The notes under the pieces were generated by a model. The model did no database searches, had not been told where the DNA came from, and worked only from the letters and a program-made list of their open reading frames with translations. A stretch of DNA of 64,000 nt from Anolis carolinensis (Eukaryota), in NCBI RefSeq assembly GCF_035594765.1, contig NC_085841.1:157961574-158025573 (forward strand), written 5' to 3'. Shown here in pieces: positions 1-10,484 of this stretch (position 1 is its first letter; each line of letters opens with the position of its first letter). A program made the translations under genes and the position numbers.

Positions 1-870
1 GGGGCCCTTCCACACAGCCACATAACCCAGAATATCAAGGCATAAAATCCCACAATATTTACTTTAAACCGAGTTATCTGAGTCCACATTGCCATATATT
101 CCAGTTCAAAGCACATAATGTGGAATTTTATTCAGTTGTGTGGAAGGGGCCTAAGATGTATACACAAAATAGTGGGCTTTTTATGGAACAGAGGAATGTC
201 TTGCTCAAATAACTCACTACAACTGTGAAAATATGTAAAAAGAAGAAGAAATAAATGCCCTGTATTCTTCTTCACATTCTGTCATGCTCTGCCTTCCCTG
301 CCTGGATGCATCATGTGCTTTTAGTTGAACAGCCAGAAGGGTAGAAACCTAAAAGAAGTTTCTCTTCCAGAGAATTAAAATGGGCCATTACTTTTTCTTC
401 CTTGCATAGCAGTTTCTATAGGATAGTCGCACATTTATCTGCTGCTTTGGCCCCAACTTTCCAAAAGACAAGGCCTTGTAGAGGAGGCACGTGCTGGATT
501 TAAACTCAGCACTGGTATACTGTCTCACTTGAGGCCCCTTCCACACAGCTGAATAAAATCCCACATTATCTGCTTTGAACTGGGATATATGGCAGTGTGG
601 ACTCAGATAACCCCGTTCAAAGCAGATAGTGTGGGATTTTTACCTTGATATTCTGGGATATAGGGCTGTGTGGAAGGGCCCTCAGATAACCCAATTCAAA
701 GCAGATATTGTGGATTATCTGCCTTGATAGTCTAAGCAGTGCCCCTTCTACACGGCCATATAAAATCCAGATTATATGGAAGTGTAGACTCATATAATCC
801 AGTTCAAAGCAGATAATATGAATTATCTGATTTGATAATCTGGATTCTATGGCGGTGTAGAAGGAGCCTG
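1..870. mobile_element. Cluster of palindromic ~150-bp MITEs (PIF/Harbinger-like)
   Basis: Units bounded by GG(G)CCC(C)TTCCACACAG...CTGTGTGGAAGGGGCC with internal TGCTTTGAACTGG/CCAGTTCAAAGCA inverted motifs (1-151, ~533-870). TNA trinucleotide flanks; superfamily is inferred. Confidence 0.7.
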
Positions 871-879
871 AGTCTCCCT

Positions 880-1300
880 GGCCTCAAAAGAACCTTCATG
901 GCGTCCCTTGCTCCACTTTTGGGGGCGAGGAAGAGGACGCCACAGGCTGCTGTAGCCCTTCCAGCTAAAAGCAGAACGGAGGGCCTCATGTGCGCATGCG
1001 CGGGCGGAGCCGCTGAAGCGGGCGATGGGGTCCGCCTTCACTCACCCGCCTCCTCCCTCTTTGGCCGGTACAGCCACCCCGCCGTCGCTTTGAAGGCCGC
1101 AACCGCCTCAGATAAAGGCGCCAGGCGCCGACGGATGTTGCCTCGAGACGCGGGAGGGCCTCCTCTTCCGCTTCGGCCGCCACCTCGCCCCGCCTCCCAC
1201 TTTCCGCCGTCTCTTTCCCCGAAGGGCTAGAGACGCCCGCCTCCTTGGACTCCACTTCCCAGAATCCCTGGCCATTCCCACGGCAGCGGAGGCTTCTGGG
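880..1300 (-). promoter_or_regulatory. CpG island promoter with a probable non-coding first exon of a minus-strand gene (TRIM13 by synteny)
   Basis: GC- and CpG-rich. NRF1-type TGCGCATGCGC at 991-1001 and GC boxes. Perfect minus-strand donor GG|GTGAGT at 1046/1045. Gene identity is inferred only from conserved gene order. Confidence 0.6.
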
Positions 1301-1666
1301 AAATGGAGTCCAAAAGGCCTGGAGGACTAGCTTTAGGATTGACTGCCCTAATTGACTGCGTTCTGTATCGAAAGCGACAACGGTGTGACTTTGAACTGGA
1401 TGATACGAGTCTACATTGCTATATAATCCAGTTCAAAGCAGATAATCCACGTTATCTGCGTTGAACTGGATGATATGAATATATATTGCCATGCAATCCA
1501 GTTCACATCAGACAATCTGGATTTTATATGGCAGTGTAGGCCCCTTCTACCCTGCTATATATTTATTTATATCCTGCTTTATCTCTCCATATGAAGACCA
1601 AAGCGGTTCACAATTAAAAACATGACAACTTCAAATATACAAAAATAAAACAGTATTATCATTTTA

Positions 1667-2420
1667 TCTATATATATAAAAGAGTGATGGCATCAGGGCA
1701 GTGGACAAAACAACAAAACTACAGGCCCCCCAACCTCGAAATTTGACAACACAACCCATCATCCACGCCTCTAGGTTGATACAACAAAAAGAAAAGAAAA
1801 ATAAAGTCCTAATTAGAGGGAGAGCAATAATTGTTTTTATCCAATTGCTGCCAGTTTAGAGGGCTAATCTCTGCCCACTTCGTTGCCTAGCAACCAAGGG
1901 ACAGCCAGGTTTCAGTTAGGGGACAGGCAAATTTAGGCCTCACTTAGGCTTCTTCCACAGATTATCTAATTTGCACTGGATTATATGGCGGTGTAGACTC
2001 AAGGCCCTTCCACACAGCTATATAACCCATTTATAATCTTATATTATCTGCTTTGCACTGGATTATCTTGACTCCACACTGCCATATAATCCACTTCAGT
2101 GTGCATTTTATACAACTGTGAAGAAGGGGCCTCATATAATCCAGTTCTAAGCAGATAATGTAAGATGATCAATATACAGTAGACTCTCACTTATCCAACA
2201 TAAACAGGCCGGCAGGATAAGTAAATATATTGGATAATAAGAAGGGATTCAGGAAAAGCTGATTAAACATCAAATTAGGTAATCGTTATACAAATTAAGC
2301 ACCAAAACATCATATTATACAACAAATTTGACAGAAAAAGTAATTCAATACGCAGTAATGTTATGTTGTAATTACTGTATTTACGAATTTAGCATCAAAA
2401 TATCATGATATATTGAAAAC
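1667..2420 (+). mobile_element. 3'-truncated copy of composite non-autonomous Helitron
   Basis: Starts A|TCTATATATATAAA. Collinear with the reverse complement of ~57480-58251, including the internal MITE junctions. Confidence 0.75.
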
Positions 2421-2789
2421 CTATATCCCAGGGTCTGATGTCACATTATCTGCTCTAAACTGGATTATATGAGTCTCCACTGCCAGATAATATGGGATAA
2501 GAAGATAATCTGGGATCAGATCCTGGGATATAGAGAAATGGGGATGGGGCCATAAAAGGATCCTGAGGCCACATCCACACTGACCATTTAGTTCAAAGCT
2601 AGTTTCAAATTATATAATAATAATAATAATAATAATAATATAACACTTTATTTTTATTCCACCCTTCTCTCCATGGAGACTTAGAGCAAATTACAGTATA
2701 TAAACGGACACAGGCAAACATTCAATACCTTATTACAATACAATGAGAACACACATACACAAACAAAGGCAAATTCCCACAAAAGTGAA

Positions 2790-3430
2790 TAAGGAAAAAG
2801 GCCAAGAACAACCCAAAAGAGTAAAGACAAAGATCCACCCAGAAGAAAAGTGTTCTTCCCATACATCAAGGGAACCACTGATCACAAACGCAAGCTGAGG
2901 AAGAAACACAACCTATAAACTAGCTACAGACCCACTAAGAAAATCCAACAAATGCTACGTTCAGCAAAGGACAAGAGGGATCCTCTATAGACCCCATACG
3001 ACAGGAGTCTACCGTATACCATGCAGCTGTTGACAAGTCTACATAGGGACCACCAAATGCAGCATTGCCTAAACACAAGTCAAAGAACATGAAAGGCACT
3101 GCAGACTAACTCAACCAGAGAAATCAGCCATAACAGAGCATTTGATGAACCAACCTGGACACAGTATATTATCTGAGAACACAGAAATGCTGGACCACTC
3201 CAACAACCACCATGTCAGACAACACAGAGAAGCCATTGAAATTCACAAGCATGTAGACAATTTCAACAGAAAGGAGGAAACCATGAAAATAAACAAAATC
3301 TGGCTACCAGTATTTAAAAAACCCCTCTAAAATCAGGTCAATGAATAAAGAACAATACTCAGAAAATAGCAGAATTTGAAACAGAAAACAATCAGGGCCA
3401 GTTAACAACAAATGATCCCCCAGGCAGGAA
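2790..3430 (+). mobile_element. Penelope-like retroelement 3' fragment (degenerate GIY-YIG endonuclease)
   Basis: Translates GVYRIPCSC*QVYIGTT...KEHERHCRLTQPEKSAITEHLMNQPGHSIL...REAIEIHKH, with in-frame stops. Confidence 0.85.
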
Positions 3431-3799
3431 CATATTATTATGTATATACAGCCCGAAAAATTTACAGCAATCCAGAAAAAAGCCCTTAAGAAAATCTACA
3501 TTGAACTAGATTATATGGTATGACAGTGTGGACTCATTTGTGCCCCTCTCTGTGCTGGTCATGGACCGTAATAAAATCTTGATTGATTGACAGTGCGGAC
3601 TCAGATAACCCAGTATTGTGGATTATCTGCCTTGATATTCTGGGTTATATGGTTCTGTGCAAGGGCCCAAAGTGGTGTCAAAGGCCCAAGCCTCCACCTC
3701 TGGAGGTTTTAAAGCAGAGTCTGAATGGGCATCTGCCATTTGACCGTGTGATCCTGCGTGGCAGAAACATATTGGCACGGATGGTCTTTTCCAACTTTG

Positions 3800-4140
3800 A
3801 CGATTTTATGCCTCCGGGGAGCCGGACGTGTCGGGGAATGAACTACCTCGCCTCGCCGCTTTGCCCTCCTGCGCGCGGTCCGGGACGTAGGGCGCAAGCG
3901 CAGGAGCGCGCGGCCTCTTGGCAGGTCGGTTGAGCAATAGGCATGGCGGCGGCGACGGGTCCTGCCTCATCCGTGTGGTGCTGCTGCCTCCGGTGGGGCT
4001 GCTGCGGAGAAGGCGGCTCCGGGCACATCCCCCTCAAGGAGATGCCCGCCGTGCTCCTAGACACGCAGCGGATGGGTAAGGGAAGGAAGGGCAGGTCAGG
4101 GTGGTGGCGTGGTGGGCCCGCCTCCCTCTGGACCCCTCCC
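3800..4140 (+). promoter_or_regulatory. CpG island / promoter of SPRYD7
   Basis: CpG-dense segment spanning exon 1. Confidence 0.8.
3943..4075 (+). CDS. SPRYD7: SPRY domain-containing protein 7 (CLLD6), coding exon 1
   Basis: MAAATGPASSVWCCCLRWGCCGEGGSGHIPLKEMPAVLLDTQRMG; donor G|GTAAG, phase 1. Confidence 0.95.
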
Positions 4141-4189
4141 GCTTTTGGGCGCTTTTTCCCAATCAGTGTGTACTTCAGTGTGTACTCCA

Positions 4190-4489
4190 GGAGCCGCCGG
4201 TAGCGCAGTGGGTAAAACCCCTGTGCCCGCAGGACTGATGACTTGAAGGTTTGGTTGCTGACCTGAAGGTCGCAGGTTCGAATCCAACCCAGGTAGAGCG
4301 CGGATGAGTTCCCTCTGTCAGCTCCAGCTCCATGTGGGGACATGAGAGAAGCCTCCCACAAAGATGGTAAAAAAACCAGCAACATCAAAACATCCGGGTC
4401 TACCCTGGGTAACGTCCTTGCAGACGGCCAATTCTCTCACACCAGAAGCGACTTGCAATTTCTCTAGTCACTCCTCATACAGAAAAAAA
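4190..4489 (+). mobile_element. tRNA-head SINE (Sauria-like head, alternative A-tailed 3' end, possibly Vingi-derived)
   Basis: A/B-box-like head (GGTTCGAATCC) and poly-A tail. 13-bp TSD AGTGTGTACTCCA at 4177-4189 and 4490-4502. Confidence 0.85.
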
Positions 4490-5289
4490 AGTGTGTACTC
4501 CAACTATCAGACCTATGGGGACCCTGTGAATGTCTCATTGTCTCATTGGGTTTGCTTAGGGAAAGAAGACTCAGGTGTGGTTTTTGGCAGTTCCTTCTGA
4601 ATTTTATTATTTATTTATTTATTTATTTACTACATTTGTATCCCGCCCTTCTCACCCCGAAGGGGACTCAGAGCAGCTTACAAGTTATATGTACATACAT
4701 TTTATTATTAACATAGCACAATATTAGTATTATATATTATTATATTGTACAATACCACTATACTGCAATATTATTAGTAATATTACATGTAATATATAAT
4801 ATTGAAATGCAGTTGACATTGTCTAGTGTTTTTGGCAGTCTTCTGTCCAAGGCTGATCCTGCTTATCTCGCAAGATCAGACAAGATCTGGAGCCTTTGGG
4901 TTATTTAGGCCCTTCATTAACTTATCTGAAATATCCTATTTTCCAAAATCTAACGCTCACCTTTTTTTTTTTTTTTGCTAAATCACTATCCCCAAATTAG
5001 AGTGCGCATTAGATTTGCATAGAATCACAGCATTTATCTGACCCCCTGCCATGCAGGAAAAGCACAAAGTAATATGGTAATCAACACAGTCATATAACCC
5101 AGAATATCAAGGCAGAAAATCCCACAATATTTGCTTTGAACTGCCTTATATTCCACATATTCCAGTTCAAAGCAGATAATGTGGGATTTTATTGAGCTGT
5201 GTGGAAGGGGCCCCAGAATAACAAGACAGATTCTTCTTTTTTCCAAACTATTTTCCCAGTTGAGGAGTTAGCATTGTGACTGTAATTTC

Positions 5290-6450
5290 CACAGGGCTTT
5301 ATTTTGGGCATCCTCGGGTTTCACTGATGTCTTTGTTGATGGTCTCTATCCATCTTTTCTTTGGCCATCCCAGTGGTTGTAGTCCTGCAATCTCCAAATG
5401 CAGTGCTGTTTGTGCTTCTGATGTTGGTTCTCTTCTCATGACATGGCCATACCACCGAAGTCTTGCTTCCTGCATTTTCTTGCTGATCACTTTTATTCCT
5501 AGTCTTTGATAGATGTCATCGTTTGACACATGGTCGAGAAGTGTCAAGCCAAGTGCCCATCTTAGCATTTTCCTTTCCATTGTGTTAAGGGCTTGCTTGT
5601 GTTTCTTTGTTGCTGGCCAGCACTCTGCCCCATAGAGGGCTACTGGGCAAACAACTTTAGTGTCGATCTTAGCCTTGAGTTGTTCAGGCATTTTTAAGTC
5701 ACACAGAATGCCTGTAGTTTGCCACCATTTCAACCAGGCTGCCTTTATTTGTGACCGTACGTTTGACATTGTGTCGCCGTATATGGAGACCAGTGACCTG
5801 AGGTATTTAAATTGGGTGGCCTTCTTTAATGCTTGTCCATTCATTTGGATTGTTTTTTCAGTTTGAAGGCCACATTCCAAATACAGTAGAGTCTCACTTA
5901 TCCAAGCTAAACGGGCCGGCAGAAGCTTGGATAAGCGAATATCTTTGATAATAAGGAGGGATTAAGGAAAAGCCTATTAAACATCAAATTAGATTATGAT
6001 TTTACAAATTAAGCACCAAAACTTCATGTTATACAACAAATTTGACAGAAAAAGTAATTCAATACGCAGTAATGTTATGTTGTAATTACTGTATTTACGA
6101 ATTTAGCATCAAAATATCATGATATATTGAAAACATTGACTACAAAAATGGCTTGGATTATCCAGAGGCTTGGATAAGCGAGGCTTGGATAAGTGAGACT
6201 CTACTGTATTCTGTTTTTGGGTATGTTCAGTTGAAGTCCATTTTCACTGAGTATCACTCCATGTCTGCTGCTGTTGTTGGAGGGCGGCACATTTTTGGTG
6301 GCTGGGTGCTATGTCATCTGCATATAGGAGTGCCCAGGAATGCAAATCTGCAAATCTTCTGTAGCAGTATCCATGGAGTGCATGCATAGTAATGGTGAGA
6401 GTGCTGATCCTTGATGCACGCCAACAGTGATGTTGAAGGTGTTGGAGTTC
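5290..6450 (-). mobile_element. RTE-clade LINE fragment (RT C-terminal part), interrupted by a MITE
   Basis: ORF 5299-5880 contains FKYL...ALYGAECW...MERKMLRW...ARLRWYGHVMRR. A YADD motif (revcomp of gtcatctgcata) lies near 6320 beyond the MITE. Confidence 0.85.
5884..6206 (+). mobile_element. Tc1/mariner-like MITE
   Basis: TIRs CAGTAGAGTCTCACTTATCCAAG / CTTGGATAAGTGAGACTCTACTG with TA on both sides. Confidence 0.9.
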
Positions 6451-6863
6451 AACCCCAGACTGCCCAAGTCTTAAGTCCTCAATGAGGAACAGTTTAGTTA
6501 GCTTAATATAGGCTAAGGATTTTCCTGTATGACAGTTGGGAATGTTTCTATTTCTTCTCTCCTATGTTTCTGCTCTCATTCTGATTGGTGGTGTAGAATG
6601 GATACTTTTGTAGTGCAAGCCTTTTTTGAATTTGAATTCAATTCTCTTACATCAAAGTATGGAGTGTATGTGCTGTGTAGAGATGTAGTGCTTGATGTTT
6701 TCCCCTCTCTTGAAACCTTAGAAGAGATGGGTGTTAGAGTAGCTCAGACTCAGTTATTTACCATGGAAAAATGTAGTTCTTTATTATTGTAAATAAATCT
6801 TTTGTGATTTTTAGGATTGAATTCTGCATCTTTGCCTGCCTAAGCTCTAAGTTCTTTACAGCC

Positions 6864-6864
<1 letters not shown>

Positions 6865-6919
<55 letters not shown>
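6865..6919. repeat. (AAT)n microsatellite
   Basis: Perfect trinucleotide run. Similar runs at ~2617-2643, 26382-26431, 27756-27801 and 57096-57160. Confidence 0.95.
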
Positions 6920-8456
6920 CTGTATTTTTATCTTGCCATCATCTCCCAGAGGGTCTTGAGGTGGCTCACAAAACACTCAAGATATGACACAAAATACAAC
7001 AAGTGCAAAACAAAACATAGGCAACAAACATTCAACACAACATCATAAATTCACAGTATCCCCTGGTAAAAACAATAAAATACAGCAATTGCTGTAGATA
7101 AACCAACCAATGGCACCTCACGCTCTGCTGGCTAATGAGCTGAATGCTCAACTTTTAGTCTCCTATATGATTTTTGGATGCTCTGCTAATTTTAGGGTAG
7201 TTTTCCCTAAGAGAAGGGTGGTGAAATCCCTGCAGGGCAGCGATGGTAATCTTAGTGCTGAGCCAAAACAACAGGAAAAACTGCTCCAGAAACACCGAGT
7301 ATTGGGGTGTTTATGTTAAAATATTAGGGTCTCCCTAATGGTTAGGCTAGAAAAGAAAAAAATTAACCCGCTTGAATTAGTTTTGATCCAAAACTTGGGT
7401 GCGAAGACTTCACACAGGTAGAAGACTTGGTTGCAGTACATCAAAAGAAGAATGTAGTCCAAAATGGTGGGGAAAAAGTTCATGGTGAATTTTAGTATAT
7501 CCAATAAAATAAATTTCCAACTTTTTTAAATATAAAAAGGGTTTGTGCTGTTGTCTGCCTGTCAAGAATTTGAAATGTAAGAATGGGCAATGATGGAACA
7601 GTGATGTTTATAACAACTTGATTTTATCAGAAATAGGGAGGGAGGGCACTTGAGCATTGTAAGTGTCATCATCACAGATGCGATGCATTTTTGTGTGCTC
7701 CAAGCAATCTGCCTGTCACCCATGAGACAATCTATAATCATTTATATAGGAAAGTGGACATACTTTTTCTGTTGAGTCACAAAATCCTTTCCCTGGCACT
7801 TTTGAAAACATTCAGTCTTGGAAAAAAAAAATTTAAAATGAAATGTGGAGAATGCGTAACTAAAATGAGGGAGGTTCCGTAAATTGAATGCAAGAGATTG
7901 GGGGGGGGGGGGGGGGAGGCTGAGTTGATGTTTGTAGTGTCAGAGCCTTAAGATGAAATGTGATAGGAGCAGGTTGCTGAAATTCAAGCTAGGTGTAGAA
8001 GATAAAGGTTTTGAGATGCATCTGAGGCTCCCTCTTGAAGTACAGGAAAGAAGAAAAAAAACAGCCATCAAATGGCTCGCAGGAGACATCATGCCTTGTC
8101 AGGAGTTGTAATTCCTTTTTTGTGTCTATCTTCCTGTTCTTTGGGAATACAATTTTAGTCCTTCTGTCACTTCCTAAATTACACTTCTGCCATTCCAGTC
8201 ACAATAATTTCAGTCCTGGGCCAGATATTTCTTACAGTGCTAAAGATGCTTCTTACCCCTGAGTTTCCTTAATTGCGCCAAACCTTGAAAAGGAGCTCTA
8301 AAGCAGAAATCCATCAGTTACAGTCCTAAATATACTTAACCTGAGAGCAACTTCTAATGAATTCGGTTTAACTTATCTCCATGGATACTTGCACAAAAAC
8401 ATGCTGTGAGTTTTAAATATCAATTCAACATGTTTTCAATGTCTTAAATCTTACAG

Positions 8457-8573
8457 GAACAGATGTTGTTGTTGTCAAAAATGGACGACGAGTGTGTGGT
8501 ACAGGAGGCTGCTTAGCCAATGCCCCTTTGCATCAGAACAAGAGTTATTTTGAATTTAAAATCCAGTCCACAG
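8457..8573 (+). CDS. SPRYD7: SPRYD7 coding exon 2
   Basis: ttacag|GA ACA GAT..; TDVVVVKNGRRVCGTGGCLANAPLHQNKSYFEFKIQST; G|GTTAGT. Confidence 0.96.
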
Positions 8574-9688
8574 GTTAGTAATTTTTTTTTTTACATTTTC
8601 AAAAAATGAAACATATTTTGGATTATAACTCAGAGGCTGATTTTCTCTGAGTAGCAGCGTGTTTTTGATTCTGAAAGGACAAGGGCAGTGTACAGGGAAG
8701 AAGAAAAGATTAATGGAAAGGAGATGCAGAATTGATAGGACAAAACAGAAAGGAAATAATAGGTTGGTATAAAGAGTGAAGGTAGAATGCTGTAGTGGGA
8801 AATAATTTTGCCCCTTCACTTTAGCCTCAGAGTGTGAGTCCAGTTGTTAGCTGAGTGAATCCCTTTGTGAGAGTCAGCAGAAGCCCTCTTTTTATTTCCA
8901 GCCAGTGACTTGAAAAAACGTAGGATTTACTGCCACAGCCTTACTATTGAGCTTTTAAGCATTTGGAGATTATGCTGCATGCAACTGCCTGGTATGTGGT
9001 GGGATTACCCTGCACCAGTGGACAGGACCCATCCGTAGGACCCACTATGAGCTACCTTGGGCTACAAGTTTCTCCCCTTTGCTGTAGGTTCCCATCATCG
9101 AGAAAAACATCGCTGTGCCATGGTAACAAAACATAATAACTTTACTGATGTTTTTGTTTTAAAATAGATGCTAAAATGGGATTTAGCTCATTTTCTGTCA
9201 TGTTGACTTGCACTTTCTTTCACAGCAACTCAGTTTCCCAGGGGACTAAGGTGCTGGAATAGGGCAAAGAATGTAGAAATAATGTAATTGCTTATCTTTC
9301 TGATTCCATAGTGACCAAGGCACTGATCAAAACAGCAAGAAAATCCCCCAGACCCAGTTGGGCCCACCTGATTTAAAGCAATTGCAACTGTTACTCACCC
9401 TTACTGACATTTGTTGCTGTTACAAAACATTTGTTTTACACCCTCATGATTCGTTGTAGTTGGGACCTCTTCAGAATACTGATACAGTGAAGACCAGCAA
9501 GGGTTCTTTATTCAAAGTTCTCACCCCAGTTAGGGAAAAATTATTTGGTTTGATTCTCCAATTTTTGTTCACATACACAATTTTACTTTGCAATATTGCA
9601 CCTTGCAAAAAAAGTGTGTATGTATAAAGGTATAAAATTCACATACACAATTTTACTTTGCAATATTGCACCTTGTATGTATAAAGGT

Positions 9689-9993
9689 GGAGCCCCAGTG
9701 GCGAAGTGTGTTAAAGCACTGAGCTGCTGAACTTGCGGATCAAAAGGTCCCAGGTTCAAATCCCGGGAGCAACATGAGCGGCCGCTGTTAGCTCCAGCTT
9801 CTGCCAACCTAGCAGTTTGAAAACATGCCAGTGTGAGTAGATCAATAGGTACCGCTCGGGTGGGAAGGTAACGGTGCTCCATGCAGTCATGACGGCCACA
9901 TGACCTTGGACGTGTTTACGGACAACGCCGGCTCTTTGGCTTAGAAATGGAGATGAGCACCAATCCCCAGAGTCAGACATGACTGGACTTAAC
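9689..9993 (+). mobile_element. Sauria SINE
   Basis: GGAGCCCCAGTGGCG head and BovB-like 3' part. 14-bp TSD GTATGTATAAAGGT at 9675-9688 and 9994-10007. Confidence 0.9.
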
Positions 9994-10001
9994 GTATGTA
10001 T

Positions 10002-10148
10002 AAAGGTAAAGGTTTCCCCTGACGTTAAGTCCAGTCGGGACCAACTCTGGGGGTTGGTGCTCATCTCCATTTCTAAGCCGAAGAGCCGGTCTTGTCCATA
10101 GACACCTCCAAGGTCATGTGGCCTGCATGACTGCATGGAGCGCCGTTA
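10002..10148 (-). mobile_element. 5'-truncated Sauria SINE
   Basis: AAAGGTAAAGGTTTCCCCTGACGTTAAGTCCAG is the reverse of the ACCTTT tail. Confidence 0.9.
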
Positions 10149-10317
10149 TGTATATGTGTATATAAAACCATGGAATCAGATTAAACAATTTGCAATGCAG
10201 TTAGGTTACCAGTATTTATGATTCCAACCTGAGGTATGTACACTTGAAGTTTGACGCCTGGCTTCTGTCATAGCTATACCATTCCTTTTCTTTTGCCTTG
10301 CCCCTCCTTGTTTTCAG

Positions 10318-10484
10318 GAATTTGGGGCATTGGAGTTGCAACTCAGAAAGTCAATCTAAATCAGATTCCTCTTGGGCGTGATATGAATAGTCTAGTACTG
10401 CGAAATGATGGTGCTCTTTACTACAACAATGAAGAAAAGAATAGATTGCCAGCAAACAATCTTCCACAGGAGGGGGATGTTGTG
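10318..10484 (+). CDS. SPRYD7: SPRYD7 coding exon 3
   Basis: ttttcag|GA; IWGIGVATQKVNLNQIPLGRDMNSLVLRNDGALYYNNEEKNRLPANNLPQEGDVV|GTGAGT. Confidence 0.97.

Noticed and set aside
804-1255. Overlapping Arg/Pro/Ala-rich ORFs in the first CpG island
   Set aside because: GC-rich sequence lacks stop codons, and there is no recognisable domain or coding exon structure.
1-3800. miR-15a/16-1 hairpins
   Set aside because: I saw no TAGCAGCAC mature sequence here; by synteny the cluster should lie outside the window.
4190-4290. tRNA gene (A/B boxes, GGTTCGAATCC)
   Set aside because: It is a SINE head: no cloverleaf, followed by a SINE body, A-tail and TSD.
5299-5880. 193-aa ORF as a host gene
   Set aside because: RTE LINE ORF remnant cut by a MITE insertion.
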